The translations under genes were made by a program, and so were the position numbers. Below are positions 58,964-64,000 of a DNA stretch of 64,000 bases, in pieces (the first letter of the stretch is position 1; each line of letters starts with the position of its first letter). The DNA is taken from contig MHGF01000029.1 of NCBI GenBank assembly GCA_001805445.1, positions 68,270 to 132,269 of the forward strand, read 5' to 3'. Under the pieces are notes generated by a model. That model worked only from the letters and a program-made list of their open reading frames with translations. It did no database searches and was not told the DNA's origin. This DNA comes from Omnitrophica WOR_2 bacterium GWF2_43_52 (GTDB taxonomy: Bacteria; Omnitrophota; Gorgyraeia; Gygaellales; UBA12090).

Positions 58964-59767
58964 GTGATACACAAAACGGCAATAGTTTCAGATCAAGCGC
59001 AGATTGCAGGCGATGTAACCATAGGCCCGTTTAGCGTCGTAGGCCCTAAGGTAAGAATCGGCCACGGAGTCACGGTTGCCAATAACTGCCTCATTGACGG
59101 AAATACGGAAATAGGCGCGGGGTGCACAATTTATACCGGCGCGGTCATCGGCAGCGCGCCCCAGGATTTAAAATATAAAGGCGAAGATACAAAACTCATT
59201 ATCGGAGAGAATAATATAATCCGCGAGTACACGACGATTAACCTTGGTACTATTGAAAAAGGCGTCACTACGGTCGGCAATCATAATCTGATAATGGCCT
59301 ATTCGCATATTGCCCATGATTGCCTGGTAGGCGATCACTGCGTATTGGCAAATTGCGCGACCTTAGCCGGCCACGTAACGATTGAAGATAACGTTGTTAT
59401 CGGCGGGCTTGCCGCGGTTCATCAGTTTACCCGTGTAGGCAAGCTTTCTATTATCGGCGGCTGCTCGAAAGTAGTCCAGGATATCCCTCCTTTTTCAACC
59501 TGCGATGGGCATCCCGCGCGAGTCTATGGCCTCAATTTAGTCGGCCTGCGGCGCGCGCAAGTACCCGCAGCCGTCATCTCTGAGTTAAAGGCCGCCTTTA
59601 AATATCTTTTCTTTAGCGGCTTGCGTAAGGGGCATGCTATAGAGAAAGTGCAAAACTCTGCCTTAAAAAGTCCCGAAGTTCTCTATGTCGTCAATTTTCT
59701 GAATGCTTCATCGCGCGGCATTACCCGGGCGGCGAAAACTCCTGAAGCCGAAGCCGCAGTTTCGTAA
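58964..59767 (+). CDS. lpxA: UDP-GlcNAc acyltransferase
   Basis: PQDLKY, HIAHDC, LAGHV, VHQF. Confidence 0.95.
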   Translation: MIHKTAIVSDQAQIAGDVTIGPFSVVGPKVRIGHGVTVANNCLIDGNTEIGAGCTIYTGAVIGSAPQDLKYKGEDTKLIIGENNIIREYTTINLGTIEKGVTTVGNHNLIMAYSHIAHDCLVGDHCVLANCATLAGHVTIEDNVVIGGLAAVHQFTRVGKLSIIGGCSKVVQDIPPFSTCDGHPARVYGLNLVGLRRAQVPAAVISELKAAFKYLFFSGLRKGHAIEKVQNSALKSPEVLYVVNFLNASSRGITRAAKTPEAEAAVS

Positions 59768-59786
59768 GTTTTCCTTCTATAACACA

Positions 59787-60602
59787 ATGGAAAGAATAGG
59801 CCTTATCGCGGGACGGGGAAATTTCCCTTTACTTTTTGCCCAGGAAGCAAAAAAGGCAGGCTTTTATGTGGTTGTCGTCGCGGTCAAAGGCAATGCCAAG
59901 AGGCAGTTGAGGAAATACGCGGACGCGTTCTTTTGGGTAGACGTAAGGCATTTTAAGAATATTGCCGGCATATTTAAAGGACAGGTTATTTCTAAGGTGG
60001 CGATGGCCGGCCAGATCAACCCTTACTTCCTTTTTGATCCTGCAATTATGAATACTCCCGATGTCCGTGATTTTTTCGGCGTCGTAGAGGACCGAAGGGC
60101 GGATACCGTGTTTACATGTTTTGTCAACAAGCTTGAGGCCGCGGGGCTGCACTTCATGGATTCGACCTCATTCTTATCGGCATATCTGCCCGGTACAGCC
60201 ATTTTAACGAAGCGTAAGCCTACTCCTGAAGAAGATAAGGATATCCAGTTTGGCTTTAAGCTTGCCAAACATTTAGGCAGAATGGATATCGGTCAAACGG
60301 TGTGCGTTAAGCAAGGTGTTGTCCTCGCGGTAGAGTCGATAGAAGGCACTGATAATGCCATCAAACGAGCGATAAGTTTAGCGCGTTCTCCAATAGTGCT
60401 CGTGAAAACAAGTAAGCCCTCGCAGGATATGCGTTTCGATGTCCCTGTTGTGGGCTTAAAGACCATTAAAAATCTTCCCTGTGGAAGCTGTGTGGCAATA
60501 GAAGCGGCAAGGACGTTATTTCTCGATCAAAAAGAAGCGTTGATACTTGCCGACCGTAAAGGCATTGCGCTAACCTCGGTTTCCTTTTCATCTGCCCAAT
60601 AG
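59787..60602 (+). CDS. lpxI: UDP-2,3-diacylglucosamine pyrophosphatase LpxI
   Basis: IGLIAG.G.FP, DIGQTV, AVE.IEGTD, QDMRFDVP.VG; start ATG 59787. Confidence 0.9.
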   Translation: MERIGLIAGRGNFPLLFAQEAKKAGFYVVVVAVKGNAKRQLRKYADAFFWVDVRHFKNIAGIFKGQVISKVAMAGQINPYFLFDPAIMNTPDVRDFFGVVEDRRADTVFTCFVNKLEAAGLHFMDSTSFLSAYLPGTAILTKRKPTPEEDKDIQFGFKLAKHLGRMDIGQTVCVKQGVVLAVESIEGTDNAIKRAISLARSPIVLVKTSKPSQDMRFDVPVVGLKTIKNLPCGSCVAIEAARTLFLDQKEALILADRKGIALTSVSFSSAQ

Positions 60603-60629
60603 AATAGATGAGGTTACTGAAAAATTAAG

Positions 60630-60717
60630 TTAAACACGAATTTTTATTACATTTACGCGAATGTGTCTCGTCGGTAATTTGTGGTAATTCGGTATTGAAT
60701 TCGTGAGAATTCGTGTG
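60630..60717. repeat. Junction hairpin, CACGAAT family copy 4
   Basis: acacgaat..acgcgaat / atttgtgg attcggt attcgtg attcgtg. Confidence 0.8.
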
Positions 60718-60753
60718 AAAAGGTATTTTTTTCAGTACTCTCTAGATTTTCTC

Positions 60754-60782
60754 TTGACACTACGAGAGTAGCTTGTTAAAAT
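60754..60782 (+). promoter_or_regulatory. Sigma70-type promoter
   Basis: TTGACA-N17-TAAAAT with TG extension. Confidence 0.7.
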
Positions 60783-60828
60783 AAATTGAATAAAGGGTCA
60801 AAGGAATAATAAGAAGGAGGAGGGCACC

Positions 60829-61134
60829 ATGGTAAAAAATGCAGTTACACCAAAAGCAAAAGTAAGCGCGTCCGCGTCAAAGGCAGTGGAATTCAGGCTG
60901 CGCGCGCCGCAGGCAAAGAGGGTGAGCCTTGCCGGCAGTTTTAACAATTGGGATGCCAGTTCTTTAACAGCCAAGAAAGATACGAATGGCATCTGGACCA
61001 TCAAAGCAACACTTAATCCCGGAAGATATGAGTATAAATTTGTGGTTGACGGTTCATGGGTTACGGATCCTGTGTGTAAGGAAAATATCTCAAATACCGT
61101 TGGCAGCGCAAATTCAGTGGTAGTAGTCAGGTAA
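60829..61134 (+). CDS. Glycogen-binding (CBM48 / isoamylase early-set) domain protein
   Basis: V.LAGSFNNW, G.YEYKFVVDG.W..DP. Confidence 0.9.
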   Translation: MVKNAVTPKAKVSASASKAVEFRLRAPQAKRVSLAGSFNNWDASSLTAKKDTNGIWTIKATLNPGRYEYKFVVDGSWVTDPVCKENISNTVGSANSVVVVR

Positions 61135-61161
61135 CTCTTTCGTTGAGAGATTCTTTTACAA

Positions 61162-61203
61162 AAACCCCGCACCTATTCCTGCAATAGATGCGGGGTTTAT
61201 TTT
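61162..61203 (+). terminator. Intrinsic terminator
   Basis: aaaccccgcacctatt..aatagatgcggggttt followed by T-rich tail. Confidence 0.75.
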
Positions 61204-61275
61204 AGTAATGTGCTTTTCTGCTTAGGAATTTATGGTTACATTGCTACACTATGAGGGTATCCCGGTAATAATAAA

Positions 61276-61995
61276 ATGCGTTATTTATACGGTCCGGTAC
61301 AGTCCCGGCGCCTAGGATTATCTTTGGGGATTAGCTTAACCCCTTATAAAGTTTGCTCATTTGACTGCCTCTACTGCCAGTTGGGAAAAACCACCCTTAA
61401 AGTCAAAGAGCGCAAAGCCTATGTGGAGATTGATGATGTCCTTAAAGAACTTCAGGAATTCTTAGATACCTATGACGCTCGCGCTTCTTCGCTTGACTGT
61501 ATCAGCCTTTCAGGTTTTGGAGAGCCAACCCTTGCCATTGATATCAGCCGGATTATCGCGGAGATCAAAAAACGTACTTCGATACCGCTAGTTTTGATTA
61601 CTAATGCCGCGTTATTCTCAGAGCCTGAATCTTGGAAAGATTTTCTAGGAGTTGATGTCATCATTCCTTCGCTCGATGCTGTAACGCAGGATATTTTTGA
61701 GAAAATTGACCGCCCCGTCTCCGGCATAAGGATAGAAAATATCATAGAAGGCCTCTGTGCCTTTCAGAAAATGTTTCAAGGGCAGATGTACTTAGAAATT
61801 ATGCTGATTCAAGGAATCAATGATAGCATTGATTATGCCTATAAATTTAAGGAAGCAGTTGAAAGGATAGCTCCCCATAAAATTCAGCTCAACACCCCTG
61901 TGCGTTCAACGACAGAAAAATCGTTAGAGCCTCCGGATAAAAAGCGGTTATTAGAGATAAAAGAGATTTTGGGGCCAAGATGCGAGATACTATAA
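61276..61995 (+). CDS. Radical SAM protein
   Basis: YGPV.SRRLG.SLGI, CSFDCLYC, GEPTL. Confidence 0.9.
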   Translation: MRYLYGPVQSRRLGLSLGISLTPYKVCSFDCLYCQLGKTTLKVKERKAYVEIDDVLKELQEFLDTYDARASSLDCISLSGFGEPTLAIDISRIIAEIKKRTSIPLVLITNAALFSEPESWKDFLGVDVIIPSLDAVTQDIFEKIDRPVSGIRIENIIEGLCAFQKMFQGQMYLEIMLIQGINDSIDYAYKFKEAVERIAPHKIQLNTPVRSTTEKSLEPPDKKRLLEIKEILGPRCEIL

Positions 61996-62001
61996 CTCTA
62001 A

Positions 62002-62115
62002 GTTAAAAGCGGATATCGGGTGATTAGGAAATCAGGGTTTAAGGATAAATACCAAATTTCCTGATTCTCTGATATCCAAATCCTGGTACCCTAATATCCT
62101 AATTCCCTATTTTTA
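62002..62115. repeat. Junction hairpin, 8-mer GGRDATYR family copy 4
   Basis: First 28 nt identical to 23267-23294; right arm of cctgatt/cctaat units. Confidence 0.88.
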
Positions 62116-62118
62116 ATA

Positions 62119-62195
62119 AATTGCGCCCATAGCTCAATTTCCGCCGCAGGCGGACCCGCCTACGACGGGGGTTAGAGCGTCGGATTCCAGGAATA
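62119..62195 (+). pseudogene. tRNA 5'-half copy 1 with a D-loop insertion
   Basis: GCGCCCATAGCTCAATT-[30-nt double hairpin]-GGTTAGAGCG-TCGGATT; no T arm or 3' acceptor strand. Confidence 0.75.
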
Positions 62196-62208
62196 GGCTT
62201 AACATAAT

Positions 62209-62285
62209 AATTGCGCCCATAGCTCAATTTCCGCCGAAGGCGGACCCGCCTACGGCGGGGGTTAGAGCGTCGGATTTCTGGAATA
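62209..62285 (+). pseudogene. tRNA 5'-half copy 2 with a D-loop insertion
   Basis: 73 of 77 nt identical to copy 1; period 90 nt. Confidence 0.75.
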
Positions 62286-62319
62286 AACCTGACAAGTTTT
62301 CAGAAGGTTTTTAAAGTTT

Positions 62320-62393
62320 GCGCCCATAGCTCAACCGGATAGAGCGTCAGTCTTCGGAACTGAATGTTGCAGGTTCGATCCCTGCTGGGCGCG
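62320..62393 (+). tRNA. tRNA-Arg(UCG)
   Basis: GCGCCCA/TGGGCGC acceptor stem, TCAGT-CTTCGGA-ACTGA anticodon arm, GCAGG-TTCGATC-CCTGC T arm. Confidence 0.95.
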
Positions 62394-62409
62394 TTTCAGG
62401 TAAAAAATA

Positions 62410-62438
62410 TTGACTCGGCATGGTTCGGAGCGTATAAT
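62410..62438 (+). promoter_or_regulatory. Sigma70-type promoter
   Basis: TTGACT-N17-TATAAT. Confidence 0.7.
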
Positions 62439-62479
62439 TTGAAGTAACGTTAGTAGTTTTAATAACAAGAGGAGGCCGT

Positions 62480-63193
62480 ATGATGAAAAAGGTTTTAGCG
62501 CTATGTCTGATTGTTCTTTTAGGTGCGGGAGGTTCGGTGTACGCGGGGGAATCCAATCCTTTCCAGTTGAGTGTTCTTAACCCTCTCCAGATAGTCCCTG
62601 AGGAGAATTCCATCAGTGGTTTGAGATTGAATTTACTTTACTCTGATAATAAGGATATGTCCGGGCTTACCTTAGCCAGCGGTTGGACCAAAACCCGCGG
62701 TGATGTCAAAGGCTTGGGGTTGAGTGCCGTGCATTGGACTGATGGTTCGGCTTACGGCTGGCAGACAGGGCTTTTTAATTATGTAGGGATGCGCTCTGTA
62801 GGCTTGGAGTTTGGGGCGGTGAATGTGATTAAGGGTGATATGAGCGGGATTCAACTCGGCATTCTGAATATGAATGAAGGCTTTGTCCACGGTTTGCAGT
62901 GGGGTGTATGGAATTACGTGACCGGACGCTTTATCGGCCTGCAGAGCGGAATTATCAACGTAGACAAAGGTGATTTTTCAGGCTATCAGTCCGGCATTGT
63001 TAACTACGTTAGCGGAGTCGTGACAGGATTGCAGGTGGGCCTGTGGAATTACGCGAAACAAATGGATGGCGTTCAGATAGGCCTGATTAATGCCACGGGT
63101 TCTCTTGATAATGGCTTACAGTTTGGTTTAGCTAATTATAACGGCAATGGAGATCCCTTGGAGTGTATGATAGTGGTCAACTGGTCATTTTAA
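62480..63193 (+). CDS. LA_2272-like surface repeat protein
   Basis: Signal peptide, many G.Q.G..N repeats, terminal VNWSF. Confidence 0.85.
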   Translation: MMKKVLALCLIVLLGAGGSVYAGESNPFQLSVLNPLQIVPEENSISGLRLNLLYSDNKDMSGLTLASGWTKTRGDVKGLGLSAVHWTDGSAYGWQTGLFNYVGMRSVGLEFGAVNVIKGDMSGIQLGILNMNEGFVHGLQWGVWNYVTGRFIGLQSGIINVDKGDFSGYQSGIVNYVSGVVTGLQVGLWNYAKQMDGVQIGLINATGSLDNGLQFGLANYNGNGDPLECMIVVNWSF

Positions 63194-63217
63194 GAAAGAA
63201 TCACGCAATTCCTATTA

Positions 63218-63247
63218 AAGGCTGGGCTTAACCGTCCGGCCTTTTTT
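63218..63247 (+). terminator. Intrinsic terminator
   Basis: aaggctgggc-ttaacc-gtccggcctt followed by a T-run. Confidence 0.7.
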
Positions 63248-63260
63248 GTTGCACGCGAGA

Positions 63261-63522
63261 AGAGGGGACGTTGTTAATTTGTAAACTTATCCCGACGCTT
63301 CAAAACCGCGGCTTCCAGGCCGCGGATGGAGTTCCGACGTTTCCGGTCGGAACAGGTCGGTCGGGATTCCGCCCAGAAAGGGCAAGAAGAAAAGGAACCT
63401 CGGGCTTTAGCCCGGGTGGGCTCCATTGGTATGTTTTGGCAATTTGTATAATCATGCTGTATGTAATAATATCGCAAAGAGGGGTAAGATTTAGGTTAAA
63501 TTGAAAATTAACAACGTCCCTT
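63261..63522. mobile_element. Structured non-coding element with GGGAC-type 16-bp inverted ends
   Basis: gggacgttgttaattt (63265-63280) / aaattaacaacgtccc (63505-63520); several internal hairpins. Confidence 0.65.
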
Positions 63523-63544
63523 ATGTCCGTGGTATAATAAAAAC

Positions 63545-63919
63545 ATGCAGGAACGAAGAACATATATAAGGTATAAAATAGAGGGTACTGTAAATCTCAG
63601 TATGGGTGAGGGTGCCTCCGGCAGTATACAGGCCGATTTAGTAGATATTTGCAGCAGAGGGTTTAGCGCGTACGCGCATGAGGCAATTGCAGTAGGTGCT
63701 GAGGTTGATTTTGAATTATCAGTTAAATCCTGGGGAAAGCCTATAGCCGGTAGAGGCATAGTGAAGTATGTAAAAGAAGAAAAAAGAATGGATACGGGTG
63801 TCTTTAGGGTGGGTATAAATTTTATTGATACTGACCAAAGTGCGATAGGGTGTATAATAAGGCAAATCGTAGAAGATATTTGCGCAAGGGTGAAGAAAAA
63901 GCACTCTAAAGGCACATAA
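63545..63919 (+). CDS. PilZ-domain protein
   Basis: ERRTYIR (RxxxR), DICSRG (DxSxxG-like), GINF. Confidence 0.85.
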   Translation: MQERRTYIRYKIEGTVNLSMGEGASGSIQADLVDICSRGFSAYAHEAIAVGAEVDFELSVKSWGKPIAGRGIVKYVKEEKRMDTGVFRVGINFIDTDQSAIGCIIRQIVEDICARVKKKHSKGT

Positions 63920-63950
63920 GCCGCTATGTATCTGTCTTCGCGCTTGGGAT

Positions 63951-64000
63951 AGAGGGGACGTTGTTAATTTGTAAACTTATCCCGACGCTTCAAAACCGCG
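63951..64000. repeat. Start of a second copy of the 63261 element (cut by the window end)
   Basis: 50 of 50 nt identical to 63261-63310. Confidence 0.95.

Noticed and set aside
10523-59786. N-terminal extensions in the track for ilvC, pyk, pgeF, tlpA, porC, spoVG, rpsR and lpxI
   Set aside because: Family N-termini and SD positions indicate downstream starts; some extensions run through repeats or upstream genes
85-62115. Junction hairpins as ordinary intrinsic terminators
   Set aside because: They have long periodic arms, often AT-rich, lack U-tracts, and lie inside apparently co-transcribed gene runs; real terminators at 39124, 61162 and 63218 look different
62119-62340. CRISPR array
   Set aside because: The repeated unit is a tRNA 5' end, the intervening parts are near-identical rather than unique spacers, and no cas genes are present
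63271-63563. Short ORFs on both strands in the terminal element
   Set aside because: They read through hairpin-rich non-coding sequence and lack coding signals
1753-63915. Numerous short antisense or out-of-frame ORFs in the track
   Set aside because: They are shadows of well-supported + strand genes
1-64000. Prophage, DGR, retron or defence island
   Set aside because: No integrase, reverse transcriptase, phage structural or recognisable defence genes in the window

Overview
Core-genome region of a diderm, probably anaerobic bacterium. PVC-type markers (Minf_1886-like gene, Zn-ribbon SpoVG, LpxC-FabZ fusion) suggest Ca. Omnitrophota or a relative; this is inference. Almost all genes lie on the + strand: metK end/ahcY, pfkA/fba, ilvDBNC-leuA, aroE-pilD-ttcA, rmuC, pyk, thiol-redox genes, pncBA, a GH161-like glucan phosphorylase, a Y1/HUH transposase, an ECF sigma/anti-sigma pair, dinB, porCDAB-ferredoxin, hisG, split transketolase, ispE-spoVG-tRNA-Gln-glmU-prs-rplY-pth-rpsF-ssb-rpsR-rplI-dnaB, bamA-skp-lpxD-lpxC/fabZ-lpxA-lpxI, tRNA-Arg and a PilZ gene. 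The unusual content is non-coding. About 18-20 gene junctions carry imperfect hairpins whose arms are degenerate 7-11 nt tandem repeats, in at least 8 sequence families, usually starting at or just after the upstream stop codon. Other structured elements include a Y1 transposase with perfect 26-bp inverted ends and related 'empty' GGGAC..GTCCC units, TA-joined MITE-like elements, a 15-19 nt CCGCC-N3-GGCGG micro-hairpin nested inside other elements, two tandem tRNA 5'-halves with a double hairpin in the D-loop, and a direct repeat bracketing the PilZ gene.
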